Assembly (NCBI GenBank): GCA_963847185.1 | Contig: CAWJYV010000008.1 | Location: forward strand, 1 to 64,000 | Direction of reading: 5' to 3' | Source: an uncultured Methanosarcinaceae archaeon | GTDB lineage: Archaea > Halobacteriota > Methanosarcinia > Methanosarcinales > Methanosarcinaceae | DNA length: 64,000 nt | Part shown: piece after piece, positions 44,610 to 55,581 of the stretch | How positions within the stretch are numbered: the first letter of the stretch is position 1 | Layout: the number at the start of each line of letters is the position of its first letter | Translations under genes and position numbers: made by a program | The notes under the pieces: model-generated | Databases searched by the model: none | The model's input: the letters and a program-made list of their open reading frames with translations, nothing else | Told to the model about the DNA's origin: nothing

Positions 44610-46325
44610 ATGGCAGCAGATATTTTCTCCAAATTCAAAAAATCAATGGAAGTCAAGTTCACACAGGAATTTGGTTCAAACCAGCAGAGTGGTGTAGACA
44701 TCACAGGCAAGACAGAAAAGTTCCTGAGACTTGGCCCTGAGCAGGATGCCAGGAAAGTCGAAATGATTAAAGCCGGAAAGGAGATCGCAGAAAAGAGAGG
44801 CATTGCATTCTACAACCCAATGATGCACATGGGTGCCCCACTCGGTCAGCGTGCAATTACACCTTACACCATCTCCGGAACTGACATTGTTGCAGAACCA
44901 GATGACCTGCACTACGTCAACAACGCAGCAATGCAGCAGATGTGGGACGACATCAGGAGAACCTGTATCGTCGGTCTTGACATGGCTCACGAGACACTCG
45001 AGAAGAGACTCGGTAAGGAAGTTACCCCTGAAACCATCAACCACTACCTTGAGGTTCTTAACCACGCTATGCCTGGTGCAGCAGTGGTTCAGGAAATGAT
45101 GGTCGAAACTCACCCTGCCCTTGTCGACGACTGTTACGTCAAGATCTTCACAGGTGACGACGAGCTTGCAGATGAAATTGACAACCAGTTTGTCATCAAC
45201 ATCAACAAGATGTTCAATGAGGAACAGGCAGCCCAGATTAAGGCCTCCATCGGCAAGACAACCTGGCAGGCAATCCACATCCCAACAATTGTCTCCAGAA
45301 CAACTGACGGTGCTCAGACCTCCAGATGGGCAGCCATGCAGATCGGTATGTCCTTCATCTCCGCATACGCAATGTGTGCTGGTGAAGCAGCAGTCGCTGA
45401 CCTGTCCTTCGCTGCAAAGCACGCAGCCCTTGTCTCCATGGGTGAAATGCTTCCAGCAAGGCGTGCACGTGGTCCAAACGAGCCTGGTGGACTGTCCTTC
45501 GGTCACATCTCAGACATCATCCAGACAAGCCGCACAGTGACTGACGACCCAGCAAAAGTTGCTCTTGAAGTCGTCGGCGCAGGCTGCATGCTCTACGACC
45601 AGATCTGGCTCGGATCCTACATGTCCGGTGGTGTCGGGTTCACCCAGTATGCAACAGCTGCATACACTGATGACATCCTCGACAACAACGTGTACTATGA
45701 CGTTGACTACATCAACGACAAGTACAACGGTGCTGCAACCATCGGCAAGGACAACAAAATAAAGGCAACCCTCGAAGTCGTAAAGGACATCGCAACCGAG
45801 TCCACAATCTACGGTATCGAGACCTACGAGAAATTCCCAACTGCCCTTGAAGACCACTTCGGTGGTTCCCAGAGAGCAACCGTTCTCGCAGCCGCAGCCG
45901 GTGTTGCATGTTCCCTTGCAACCGCAAACGCAAACGCTGGTCTTTCTGGCTGGTACCTCTCCATGTACCTGCACAAGGAAGCATGGGGCCGTCTCGGCTT
46001 CTTCGGATACGACCTGCAGGACCAGTGTGGTGCCACAAACGTTCTGTCCTACCAGGGCGACGAAGGTCTCCCAGACGAACTCCGTGGTCCAAACTACCCC
46101 AACTACGCAATGAACGTCGGTCACCAGGGTGGATACGCAGGTATCGCTCAGGCAGCCCACTCCGGACGTGGAGACGCATTCACCGTCAACCCACTCATCA
46201 AGGTCTGCTTCGCTGACGATCTCATGCCATTCAACTTCGCTGAGCCCAGAAGAGAGTTCGGCCGCGGTGCAATGAGAGAGTTCGTGCCTGCTGGTGAGAG
46301 AGCCCTCATCATCCCGGCAAAATAA
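44610..46325 (+). CDS. mcrA: methyl-coenzyme M reductase alpha subunit
   Basis: [43 protein letters not shown]; GAGGTGA then ATG 44610. Confidence 0.99.
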   Translation: MAADIFSKFKKSMEVKFTQEFGSNQQSGVDITGKTEKFLRLGPEQDARKVEMIKAGKEIAEKRGIAFYNPMMHMGAPLGQRAITPYTISGTDIVAEPDDLHYVNNAAMQQMWDDIRRTCIVGLDMAHETLEKRLGKEVTPETINHYLEVLNHAMPGAAVVQEMMVETHPALVDDCYVKIFTGDDELADEIDNQFVININKMFNEEQAAQIKASIGKTTWQAIHIPTIVSRTTDGAQTSRWAAMQIGMSFISAYAMCAGEAAVADLSFAAKHAALVSMGEMLPARRARGPNEPGGLSFGHISDIIQTSRTVTDDPAKVALEVVGAGCMLYDQIWLGSYMSGGVGFTQYATAAYTDDILDNNVYYDVDYINDKYNGAATIGKDNKIKATLEVVKDIATESTIYGIETYEKFPTALEDHFGGSQRATVLAAAAGVACSLATANANAGLSGWYLSMYLHKEAWGRLGFFGYDLQDQCGATNVLSYQGDEGLPDELRGPNYPNYAMNVGHQGGYAGIAQAAHSGRGDAFTVNPLIKVCFADDLMPFNFAEPRREFGRGAMREFVPAGERALIIPAK

Positions 46326-46351
46326 TCTCAATAAATTAAACACTTTAAAAC

Positions 46352-46390
46352 AGAGTAGGCCTTCGGGCCTGCTTTTTGTCTCTTTTTTCT
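46352..46390 (+). terminator. mcr operon terminator
   Basis: GTAGGCC-TTCG-GGCCTGC hairpin followed by T-tracts. Confidence 0.8.
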
Positions 46391-46507
46391 TACACTCGTT
46401 TTTCTTATTATTCTTCCAGAATTAAGCTGGACGTTAAGCTTCCTACTGGCGCTTTCATGAAAAAACGGACCAATAAAGCATTTATAATAAATAACTAAAT
46501 AAAATGT

Positions 46508-47502
46508 ATGGAAAGTTGTCCAGTAATCAAAGGTTATTACCTCGTGATTGGGGGAGGTAAGATCGGTACTGACTTTCTTCGATACGCTAAGAAGAATGAA
46601 TTTCCTTTTGTGCTGGTCATTGATAGAGACGAAAATGCACCTGCTTCAAGGGAAATAAAAGTTCTTAAAACTGAAAATGAGCTTGTAAATCTTCTGAGAA
46701 ATAAGGCATTATTGGCTCTTCCTGAAGAGAAGCCTGAAATTTCCAGGGTAGAAAAAGAAAATAAACGAAAAAATGAAGGAAAAATTGAAATAGAAAATAA
46801 AGAAAAAAATAATGACTTAGAAGCTTATTTTTACAAAATGAACATGCACAATGTTCCTTCTCTTTTCACTTCCGGAATTCCTGAATATATTATTCCTGCA
46901 GTGCCCTGTCATGCAGTTGCTTATATGCTCGCAGATTTTCTAAAGTTCTTTAATCAGGAACTCAGTGCAAACGAGGTTCATGAAGAAAAAAGCCCTGTGA
47001 AAGAGCTTTTCATAAAACCTGAAGATTCCCAACTCAGGTCTTTTTTTGAAGATATGCCGCTGCTTTTCCTGAAGATGTTATAGCAGGCCGCTATCCTGAA
47101 CAGGGTATGCTGTTTTTTTCTTATGCAAAGGAAGGAGAAATCTGTCCTGACGGCTGCCCTGGTCCAAGAGACCGCTGCCCGACCTTTGGGCGGAAAAAAC
47201 CGGAAACAATTACGGAATATACAGGGAAACTTGTAGATAAGTTCCCGGGCTGGGTTTTTGAGAGCCACCAAATGAAGCCTGGCATAGGAGGTCTGAAAGG
47301 AGAAGAGTTAAAGCAAAACTTGCTGGAAATCATGGAGTTTGTAAAAAAAGTTCAGGAAAATAAGAATGGAGATAAAGATAGAGATAAAAGTAGAACTGAA
47401 GATGATGGTGGAAATAAAGCTGAGAAAATAGGAGAAAGGGCTTTTTTCATTTCAACTACGTGCACCTGTCATGGAGTCTTGAATCTTTTTCATGTTACCT
47501 GA
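46508..47502 (+). pseudogene. uncharacterised Rossmann-fold, Cys/His-rich protein, frameshifted
   Basis: VIGGGKIG...VIDRD; ORF 47107..47502 frame is open back to 47050, so one missing base near 47053-47057 joins the halves; may be a sequencing error. Confidence 0.75.
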
Positions 47503-47761
47503 TGATATTTTTTGGATTGACTTTCCATTATAGTAATCCTATGTTTTGTGCATCAAAGCATGTTTACCATAACCTCACTGAATTGCAAAAAATATGACGT
47601 AATTTGAAAGCGGTTTTGAAATTAACATCAACCAACTAATAGTTCATGACTGGCTTTTTCATAATGGCATAAATTCCAGCATTGGATAATGGTTCCCATC
47701 TTTTAATTGGATGAGGGCCGTTAAACAATATTCCTCTCCATTCTAAGCTCATAATTCTTCT

Positions 47762-48742
47762 TCAAATCACGACAACTTTCTTGCCTAATTTGCCTGCGGC
47801 TTCCACAAATTCTGTTGTATCTACACCAGGAAATGCATCTATAATGCAAATATCAAATTTTTCATCTAAACAATTCACTAATTCTCTTATATCCATACTA
47901 TAAACTTCGAATTTATCTCCGGATGCTATTAATTCTTCTTCACTGTCTGAAAGTTTGACTGGAAATCCATTAGCTTCTAAATTAATCAAAGTAGCTTCTA
48001 TTGCAGGATTCCATATATCATTAAAAACAACTTTTCGCGCACCGGCTTTAAGGCATGCGATTCCTAAAGTCCCAGGACCACATGTACAATCAAGAACAGT
48101 AGGCCTCTCATACTCTTTCAAAGCTTTTTCAAGTATCTCTATTTTGGGCGATTCTATCTTTGGAAACTCTATATGAATTTCATGCTGATATTTACATATT
48201 CCTAAAGCACCGTAAGGAGTCTGTATAATATCACATCTTAAATCGCATCCAGCAAGAAGTTCATATACATGAGGATTAGAATCAGAATCTTTTATACCTA
48301 CAGTTTTTCTTATATCTCCCTTTAAAACTCCTTTAACTTCCCCCACTTCCTTTACAATTGTTTCAGCACATATTTTATCTACTTCATTAGATAATATTAC
48401 CAAAGAATCCTTAGGCAAATAGGGAATAGAATTAGTTGGATAGCCAGGAGTCACAAGAGGAACACATGCATTCCTTAAATTAGCTTTTTTATCTTTTATT
48501 CCTTCATCCATCATTACTTTTAGCACATGAGATATTACAGTATCAAGATGCCTCTTACCGCATTTACAACTTCCAAAATGGTTATCTATTTCATCTAAGT
48601 TAATCTGTTCTGCCAGAGGAGAGAATTTCTTTATTTTTTCTGCTTTGCAATCATTGCATGGTTTGTAGAACAATTCAATGTCTTTTAGTGCCTCCGAAAT
48701 AGGCCTTATGCACGTATCTCCACACCTGCACCTTATTTCCAT
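47762..48742 (-). CDS. mcmA: class I SAM methyltransferase, probable MCR S-methylcysteine methyltransferase
   Basis: VLDCTCGPGTLG, FNDI; Cys-rich N-terminus; located between mcrA and aroA as recalled for M. acetivorans mcmA. Confidence 0.72.
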   Translation of the reverse strand: MEIRCRCGDTCIRPISEALKDIELFYKPCNDCKAEKIKKFSPLAEQINLDEIDNHFGSCKCGKRHLDTVISHVLKVMMDEGIKDKKANLRNACVPLVTPGYPTNSIPYLPKDSLVILSNEVDKICAETIVKEVGEVKGVLKGDIRKTVGIKDSDSNPHVYELLAGCDLRCDIIQTPYGALGICKYQHEIHIEFPKIESPKIEILEKALKEYERPTVLDCTCGPGTLGIACLKAGARKVVFNDIWNPAIEATLINLEANGFPVKLSDSEEELIASGDKFEVYSMDIRELVNCLDEKFDICIIDAFPGVDTTEFVEAAGKLGKKVVVI

Positions 48743-48973
48743 AGGTTAAATATGGAATTTTGTGTTAAAGTACTATTCTATTTCTTTTTATTCCTGAATT
48801 TTTTCAGATTCGTTTAGACGGTAAATGATTTCTTTGATCGATTGGATGTTAGTTCAAAAAAGAAAATACTGAGAGTCTGAGGATTCATCTCATTATCAAT
48901 TATCAAAGCTAAATAAAATCTGTATTTAATCTGCATCTAATCTGCACTTAGAAATCCAGATTGTTTTTTCAAT

Positions 48974-50266
48974 TTATTCTTCTGAGATTGTTTCAATCTT
49001 TACCCCAAGCCTGGACATATCTTTAAAGAAGTCAGGGTAAGAGATTGCTACAGATTCAGTCGTGTCAACTGTCGTATTTCCTGCTATCATTCCTGCCAGT
49101 GCAAGGGACATGACAATTCTGTGGTCATCCCAGCCGTGAACTGCTGCTCCTTTCAGTTTTCCTCCAGTAATGGTCAGGCTGTCTTTCTCTTCTTTAAGCT
49201 GGACTCCAAGCTTTGGAAGTTCGGTTGCTAGGGCGCGAAGCCGATCAGTTTCTTTATATCGGACATGTTCGGCATTTTCTATCCTGCTTGTACCTTCAGC
49301 AACTGCAGCCAGGACAGCGACAGTAGGGACAAGATCAGGAGTTGCTCCGGCATCAAAGGTTATCGCTTTTAATTTTCTTCCTCCTCTGACAGTTACGATA
49401 CCGGCATCTCTGTCCCATACAATATCTGCTCCCATTTGCTTCAAAGTCTCAATGATAACTTTATCACCTTGCTCTGAAGGGAAGAGGTTTTTAACAGTAA
49501 CTTCGGATCCATCTGTTATAGCTGCAGCTGCGAGCAGGTAAGATGCAGAGGAAAAATCACCTGGAATAGTGTACTCTTTAAGATCGTATTTCTGTTTTCC
49601 AGGAATAATGAATTTGGTGCCGTTATTATCATCTGTATGGATTTTTACTCCTGCAAGTTCAAGCATCTCAATGGTTACGTCTACATAAGGTCTTGACTTC
49701 AGTTTTCCTATAATTGAAAGTATTGTGCTGTTCTCTGCAAGAGGGCAGGCTATAAGAAGGGCGGAAATAAACTGCGAACTGATGGACCCGTCAATGCTCA
49801 CTTCCTTTCCTTCAAGTCCTCCTTTAACAACAAGAGGAGCTTTCTCGTTTCCTCGGGTAGAACAGACACTTGCTCCCAACTGGTTGAGGACTTTGAGAAG
49901 AGGACCATTTGGCCGGGTTCGAAGGGAAGAATCTCCTGTAAGCACTGTAATCCCATCAGTAAGAGCTGCTATTGCAGTCATGAAGCGAAGGGTTGTTCCT
50001 GAGTTTGCAGCATCAATTACATTGTCAGGAACATAGGGTTTTCCGTTAACTCCGTGAACGATGAGCCTGTCTTCTTTACTTTCAATCGAAGCTCCGAATA
50101 GCTGGGAAGCCCGGATTGTAGCCAGAGTATCGGCTGAGAGCAGAGGGCGATAGATGATCGATTCTCTTGAAAGGGCTGCAAGGGTTATGGCCCTGTGGGT
50201 GTAACTTTTTGAAGGTGGGGCAAAGACTTCCCCTTTGACTGAGGATTTGCTAATAGAGACACGCAT
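48974..50266 (-). CDS. aroA: EPSP synthase
   Basis: PPSKSYTHR, NSGTTLR, SSQFISALL, KETDR, DHRIVM. Confidence 0.97.
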   Translation of the reverse strand: MRVSISKSSVKGEVFAPPSKSYTHRAITLAALSRESIIYRPLLSADTLATIRASQLFGASIESKEDRLIVHGVNGKPYVPDNVIDAANSGTTLRFMTAIAALTDGITVLTGDSSLRTRPNGPLLKVLNQLGASVCSTRGNEKAPLVVKGGLEGKEVSIDGSISSQFISALLIACPLAENSTILSIIGKLKSRPYVDVTIEMLELAGVKIHTDDNNGTKFIIPGKQKYDLKEYTIPGDFSSASYLLAAAAITDGSEVTVKNLFPSEQGDKVIIETLKQMGADIVWDRDAGIVTVRGGRKLKAITFDAGATPDLVPTVAVLAAVAEGTSRIENAEHVRYKETDRLRALATELPKLGVQLKEEKDSLTITGGKLKGAAVHGWDDHRIVMSLALAGMIAGNTTVDTTESVAISYPDFFKDMSRLGVKIETISEE

Positions 50267-50352
50267 GTGTATCAGAGCTCACTTATTTTTTATTTCTGGA
50301 CTCTTTTGTGGGGATCACTTACTTGCTTTTCGCTTTGCATAGTTAGAAGTAC

Positions 50353-51006
50353 TTAGTTCTTACCTCTTACAATATCTTCTACCATGTCCCAATCATGGTC
50401 ATAAACATGGGCTGAAATACTAATAGTAGTTATGGTTCCTGGTTTTTCGTCTATTCTATCGGCTACATATTCAAGGAGTTTTGAGAGCCCATAGAGATTT
50501 GCAGGGTAAGCTCCCCCAAAATCGTGGCTTCTGAAGAGAGTGGTGAGATGTACTTTCCCATCCCTGATCTTGAAATCGTCCAGCATCATGCAGGGAACCT
50601 CACCTACTTTCGTGTCTACAGGCGGGATCCAGGTGATGGCTATTGCTCGTCTGGAGGTGGGGTTTTCCTGCAATTTTTCGATTACGTACTCAATCTGGTC
50701 TACTTTTCCATTCCAGTTCCGAAGACGCTGTCCATACGTGTACTCGAAATCCTGTACGTTTTCTCCCGAGATCAGCTGTTTTGCGTACTCTTCAAGCCTT
50801 TCTTCATTCCAGGCAGTATCTTCGGGAATTCTGTTAGTAAAGGGATCCTCTATTACTACCATTAAGTCCATAAATTCCCTTATCTGGTTTCCTCTCTCAT
50901 CGGTAATTATCTGCCCGTGATTCCAGATTACGTTAAGCCCGCGGTACCACGCATCAGAAATATTCTTTGCCCTGATGATCCTGCCAATTTCGAACTTGCT
51001 TTCCAT
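50353..51006 (-). CDS. thyA: archaeal thymidylate synthase
   Basis: YTYGQRL, SRRA, VPCM, FRSHD..GAYPAN, SAHVY. Confidence 0.93.
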   Translation of the reverse strand: MESKFEIGRIIRAKNISDAWYRGLNVIWNHGQIITDERGNQIREFMDLMVVIEDPFTNRIPEDTAWNEERLEEYAKQLISGENVQDFEYTYGQRLRNWNGKVDQIEYVIEKLQENPTSRRAIAITWIPPVDTKVGEVPCMMLDDFKIRDGKVHLTTLFRSHDFGGAYPANLYGLSKLLEYVADRIDEKPGTITTISISAHVYDHDWDMVEDIVRGKN

Positions 51007-51399
51007 TGAAAATTTCCCCTCAAATTTAGGCCAGGTTATGGACAATTTATATCAGCTAATTTTTTTCTCCTGAGTCTATTTTTGTGCTTACTTTTTATCT
51101 ATTACTTTCTTTTATAAGTGTTCTCTCCAGCATAAGTATTAAACTTCTATGTTCATTGTTAGCATATAACACACTCCTTTAATATAATTTCGGATAAGGG
51201 TGAATCGTGTGAAGAGAACGGAGAAACACTTGGGATATAATATTAATAAAATTAATAAAAAGAGCCTGAAGAAACTAAATTTATTAAAAAAGGTTCAATA
51301 AAGTTAAATTCGCTAAAAAATTTCCATAATAAATTACTAAAAAAGCTTAACAAAGCAAAATTAAAGAGAAGTAAAGGAGTAATAGGTCTGAGAATATTC

Positions 51400-52260
51400 T
51401 CAGAACCTCATAGCCCTCAGGCGTTTGACTCTCTCCTCGGTTACCGGGTGAGTCCTGAAGAGAGACTGGATCGACCCTCCTTTGAGAGGGTTAACGATAA
51501 ACATGTGGGCACTGCTTTCCTTTGCCTGAACATCTGATATTTTTGGCTGATAGTGAGAGTTTCCATATTCGAGTTTTTCAAGAGCACTGGCAAGAGCCCA
51601 GGGTTTTCTACAAATCGCGGCTCCTTCTGCATCGGCTGCAAACTCTCTTGATCTTGAGATTGCAAGCTGGATAAGAGTTGCAGCGATAGGTGCTACAATG
51701 GCCATTGCAATAAGGCCTATAATTCCGCCATTATCATCATCTCTGCTGCCAAATCCACCAAAAATTGCAGCCCACTGAGCCATACTGGCCAGCATTGTGA
51801 CAACACCTGCAAGGGTTGCAGCTACAGCACTTATCAGGGTATCCCTGTTTTTTACGTGTGCAAGCTCGTGTGCCAGAACGCCTTCCATCTCTTCATAAGA
51901 GAGCAGCTCAAGAATTCCGGTTGTTGCAGCTACAGCTGCATGTTTTGGATCTCTGCCGGTTGCAAAGGCATTGGGCATCGCAGACTCTACAATATATACT
52001 TTGGGTTTAGGTATTCGTGCCTTCATAACGAGTCCATCAACGATCCTGTGCAGGTTTTGGGCTTCCGCAGGGGAAACTTCCTTTGCCCTGTACATCTTGA
52101 GGACTATTTTGTCACTGTACCAGTAACTTCCAAAGTTCAGAATTACTGCAAACAGGAATGCGATGATCATTCCACTTGGACCACCAATCTTGCCTCCTAT
52201 CAGAATCAGGAGACCTGTAAGGGCAGCAAGCAAAACTGTAGTTTTAAGCATGTTCTTCAT
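51400..52260 (-). CDS. htpX: zinc metalloprotease HtpX
   Basis: [26 protein letters not shown]. Confidence 0.96.
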   Translation of the reverse strand: MKNMLKTTVLLAALTGLLILIGGKIGGPSGMIIAFLFAVILNFGSYWYSDKIVLKMYRAKEVSPAEAQNLHRIVDGLVMKARIPKPKVYIVESAMPNAFATGRDPKHAAVAATTGILELLSYEEMEGVLAHELAHVKNRDTLISAVAATLAGVVTMLASMAQWAAIFGGFGSRDDDNGGIIGLIAMAIVAPIAATLIQLAISRSREFAADAEGAAICRKPWALASALEKLEYGNSHYQPKISDVQAKESSAHMFIVNPLKGGSIQSLFRTHPVTEERVKRLRAMRF

Positions 52261-52721
52261 GACTTCTCACGTGACGTCCTCCCAGGCTAACGTCTGGGTT
52301 TTCAGTCTTTGATTCTTATTTTTGGACTCATTTTTATAAATTAGACCGATTAGAATCAAATGTATATATCCGAAATACAGATATATATTTTTTCTCTTGC
52401 ATAAAGCAGGTTGGTACAATTGTGCCATTTCGATTTCCGTATTTACCTGTATCAACCTAAAATTCTACCAAAACGGAAATTTATTCTCAAATGGGAAAAT
52501 TTCATTCAAGAAATTCTATTTTTTTCCTCGAATATCTCCTTATTTAAGCTCCATCAATAACTAATATTTCTGTTTTGGTATATTTACATTTGCACATTTT
52601 AGTATTGATTTAGTTAGAAATCAAACTATTATTGTAACTTTAAGTATATCTATTTATTGAAAGACATCTCTCGTTGAGCTTGTTTATTTAGTAAATGAAG
52701 ACAGATGACTAAGAATGTAAT

Positions 52722-53633
52722 TTATATTGCTCCGTCGTCAAAATAATCCGTGTCCATCTTTTTAACATCGTAAGACTTTACTTTCGAAACTCCCACATCA
52801 TACTCAATCATCAGCCTTGCAAGCATTTCCCCATCAATCAAAACAATGTTTCCTGTGATATCGGCATATTCAATAGCTTCTTTCGAAAAATTCGAGGTCG
52901 TTATGAAAACTCCTTTTTTAGCCTTCTTTCCTATTAGAGCTCCAGCGAATTTCTGGATTTCAGGTCTCGTGACCGTACCTTCCCACCTTTTTGCTTGGAT
53001 ATAGATTACATCAAGTCCAAGTCTGTCTTCTTTTATGATACCGTCAATGCCACCATCGTGGCTTTTTCCGACTGCTTTTCCTGCATCTGTCCTTGAACCT
53101 CCATACCCCATTTTTGTCAGAACATCAACTACCAGTGATTCAAAGAAAATAGGAGAGCATTTTTTAGTGGTAGAAAGAATTTCTGAAACAAGCTCATTGT
53201 GAAGCTGCTGGTAGGAGAGTTCTAGATTTTCTCCTGGATCTAGCTCTTCATTTTTGTTGCCTTTTTCTAACTCGACAGGTTCAGCTTGTTTCCCTCGACG
53301 AAATTCGTTAAACTCTTCGTATCGCGTTAAAAAATTAACATCTATTGATATAATATCCTCTCTCAATACAGCCATTCCTTTTTGAGTAATGGAAAAGTAT
53401 CCCTTTTTTCCGGAATTAAGTAAACCAGCTTTTTTAAGATAAGTGCTAGCCCATCCTACTCTATTTTTAAAAACAGCTTGCTGACCGCTTGGCAGTAGTT
53501 CTTTTCTTTCTTCTTCACTTAGCCTGAATTCTTCAGCTAATTTTTCTACTGCATCACGTATTCTATGTTCTTTGCCGTCTCCTGCATATTTTAGCAAAGG
53601 AAACATTACGGATTGATAATCTGGAATTACCAT
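52722..53633 (-). CDS. mrr: Mrr-family (type IV) restriction endonuclease
   Basis: Mrr N-terminal wHTH (IPDYQ..M.PLL, NRVGWA..YLKKAGL) and DGGIDG...IQAKR catalytic motif. Confidence 0.93.
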   Translation of the reverse strand: MVIPDYQSVMFPLLKYAGDGKEHRIRDAVEKLAEEFRLSEEERKELLPSGQQAVFKNRVGWASTYLKKAGLLNSGKKGYFSITQKGMAVLREDIISIDVNFLTRYEEFNEFRRGKQAEPVELEKGNKNEELDPGENLELSYQQLHNELVSEILSTTKKCSPIFFESLVVDVLTKMGYGGSRTDAGKAVGKSHDGGIDGIIKEDRLGLDVIYIQAKRWEGTVTRPEIQKFAGALIGKKAKKGVFITTSNFSKEAIEYADITGNIVLIDGEMLARLMIEYDVGVSKVKSYDVKKMDTDYFDDGAI

Positions 53634-53708
53634 TAAATCACTCAAAATCTGGATTGACTATGTTAAGAACTTTGAGTGGCTTTCTTTTTATTGTTTACTA
53701 TTTTTACT

Positions 53709-54257
53709 CTATTGTTCTCCAACTTTATACTCCAACCTCACAAGCCCATTTTCATACCTTTCAACCCTTTCATTCCTGAGTTTAATCTCTTTTCCAATGT
53801 GATCAAACAAGGGAATTCCACTCCCAAGAATTATGGGAACAACAAAAACAATCATATCCTGCACAAGGTTTTCTTCGAGAAACGCCTTAATAAGCTGTGA
53901 GCCTCCGACGAGCCAGATATCCTTTTCAGTATTTTCCTTTAGCTGGCTCACAAATTCCCCTATGTTCCCGGAAATGAATTCTACGTTTTTTTCGCGCTGC
54001 AGGAGTTCTTTTTGTCTGGTAAATACGTATGCTTTTTTCTCGCCGTAGGGCCAGTCTCCGAACCCAAGAACCTGTTCATAGGTTTTTCTGCCCATAAGTA
54101 CTGTGCCGATTGATTCATAAAATTCTGAATAACCATAGTCTGTTTCAGGGTTATTTTCATATTGTGTTAACCAATCTATACTGCCGTCTTCTTGGGCTAT
54201 GAAGCAGTCGAGGCTGCAGGCGATGTAGAGCTTTATTCTGGGCGTGTCTTTTGTCAC
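53709..54257 (-). CDS. dihydrofolate-reductase/RibD C-terminal family protein
   Basis: IACSLDCFIA, LMGRKTYE, IWLVGG, PIILGSGIPLF. Confidence 0.9.
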   Translation of the reverse strand: MTKDTPRIKLYIACSLDCFIAQEDGSIDWLTQYENNPETDYGYSEFYESIGTVLMGRKTYEQVLGFGDWPYGEKKAYVFTRQKELLQREKNVEFISGNIGEFVSQLKENTEKDIWLVGGSQLIKAFLEENLVQDMIVFVVPIILGSGIPLFDHIGKEIKLRNERVERYENGLVRLEYKVGEQ

Positions 54258-54402
54258 TGTTTCACTCCCCTATTTAGTGATTATTTCATGTTTTTATCTG
54301 CTTTTTGCCTTTTTATGTTGATTTCGCTCTTATTTGTTATTTCGGTGTTTTATATTTCAGGCCTTTCGCAAGCGAACGGGACAGAGATCAAATACCCAAA
54401 GA

Positions 54403-55581
54403 ATGATCTCCTGCAAAGATGCTTTCCTGCAAAAATCAGCAGATCCAAACCTTTATACCTTTTCCATTCCCAAAAATCCGTCTATGTCCTCTCCGAGCAT
54501 TCCGGTTACCCTAAAAACCGAACACTCTATTAAAGATCGCCTTTACTGGAATTTCCTTAATTTTATCCCCTTTCTTATCGGTTCAATTGCAATTGCCAGA
54601 GATTCGCTCAAATGGGTATCAGTCTACATAGGAATAGCCCTCATTTTCTTTCTTGTTATTGAATTCCGCTTCGTTTGCACTCACTGCCTTTATTATATCC
54701 GGAGTAAGGGCTGCATAAGATGTATGATGCTTCCTGGGGTGCCAAAAATTTTTAAGAACAGGCCAGGTCCCCACAGCCCTTTTGAAAAAGCTATTGCAAC
54801 TCTTGGAGCTCTACCTGTGTTTCTTTTTCCGGTTTACTGGCTTGTCAGGGATCCAATGCTGCTGGGAGCTTATGCAGTTGCCTGGGCACTCTTCTTTTTG
54901 ACTGTCCAGAGATACGAATGCATCAGATGCATTAATTTCGAGTGTCCTGTAAACAGGGTGCCGGCTGAGAGAAGAATAGACTTTGAGAAAAGAAATAACT
55001 ATATTGATAACTTCGGTATTTCAGAAGGAAAATCTCGGGGATCATGTTTAAGCAAATGTGCTTCTCTTAAACTAAAACACGAATTTAAGGATTTTCTCTA
55101 CTGGAATTTTGTAACCCTGATTCTGCTATTCTCGGCTGGAATTTCAATTGGTATTTATTCAACAGGGTGGCTGCTTGCCTACATTTTCTTAGTCTTCTTT
55201 CACTTTAATATTCTGGAGCAGCGTTTTTTCTGCACTCACTGCCCTTACTATCCTAAGGAAGGGAAAAAACTGAGATGCATGATGAATTGGGGCTGGCCGA
55301 AGCATTTCAGACCCAGACCATACCCTCCAGGTAAATTTGATCTTGGAATTACTACTCTGGGGTTCATAGTTGTAATTCTCTTCCCTATTCCCTGGCTTTT
55401 GAAAGAGCCGTTTCTGCTGGGCGCTTATTTAGTTTCGATTTCGGTTTTCTTGCTAACTATATGGCGGTACGAGTGTTCCCATTGTATCTACTTTGGATGT
55501 CCTTTTAACAGGGTTCCGGTTGAAGTGAGGAAGGAATTTGAAGGGAAAAAGATAGTTGAATATGATTTTGGAGATAATTAA
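54403..55581 (+). CDS. uncharacterised internally duplicated Cys-rich membrane protein
   Basis: two homologous halves, each about four hydrophobic segments with CTHC..Y, C, and CxxC-x3-CP-NRVP; start uncertain (54403 or 54484). Confidence 0.75.
   Translation: MISCKDAFLQKSADPNLYTFSIPKNPSMSSPSIPVTLKTEHSIKDRLYWNFLNFIPFLIGSIAIARDSLKWVSVYIGIALIFFLVIEFRFVCTHCLYYIRSKGCIRCMMLPGVPKIFKNRPGPHSPFEKAIATLGALPVFLFPVYWLVRDPMLLGAYAVAWALFFLTVQRYECIRCINFECPVNRVPAERRIDFEKRNNYIDNFGISEGKSRGSCLSKCASLKLKHEFKDFLYWNFVTLILLFSAGISIGIYSTGWLLAYIFLVFFHFNILEQRFFCTHCPYYPKEGKKLRCMMNWGWPKHFRPRPYPPGKFDLGITTLGFIVVILFPIPWLLKEPFLLGAYLVSISVFLLTIWRYECSHCIYFGCPFNRVPVEVRKEFEGKKIVEYDFGDN

Noticed and set aside
44159-46343. Long antisense and alternate-frame ORFs over mcrG/mcrA
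   Set aside because: Expected by-product of strong codon bias in highly expressed genes; no motifs
47081-47083. Pyrrolysine read-through of the TAG ending ORF 46508..47083
   Set aside because: The downstream half is in a different frame, so read-through cannot join them
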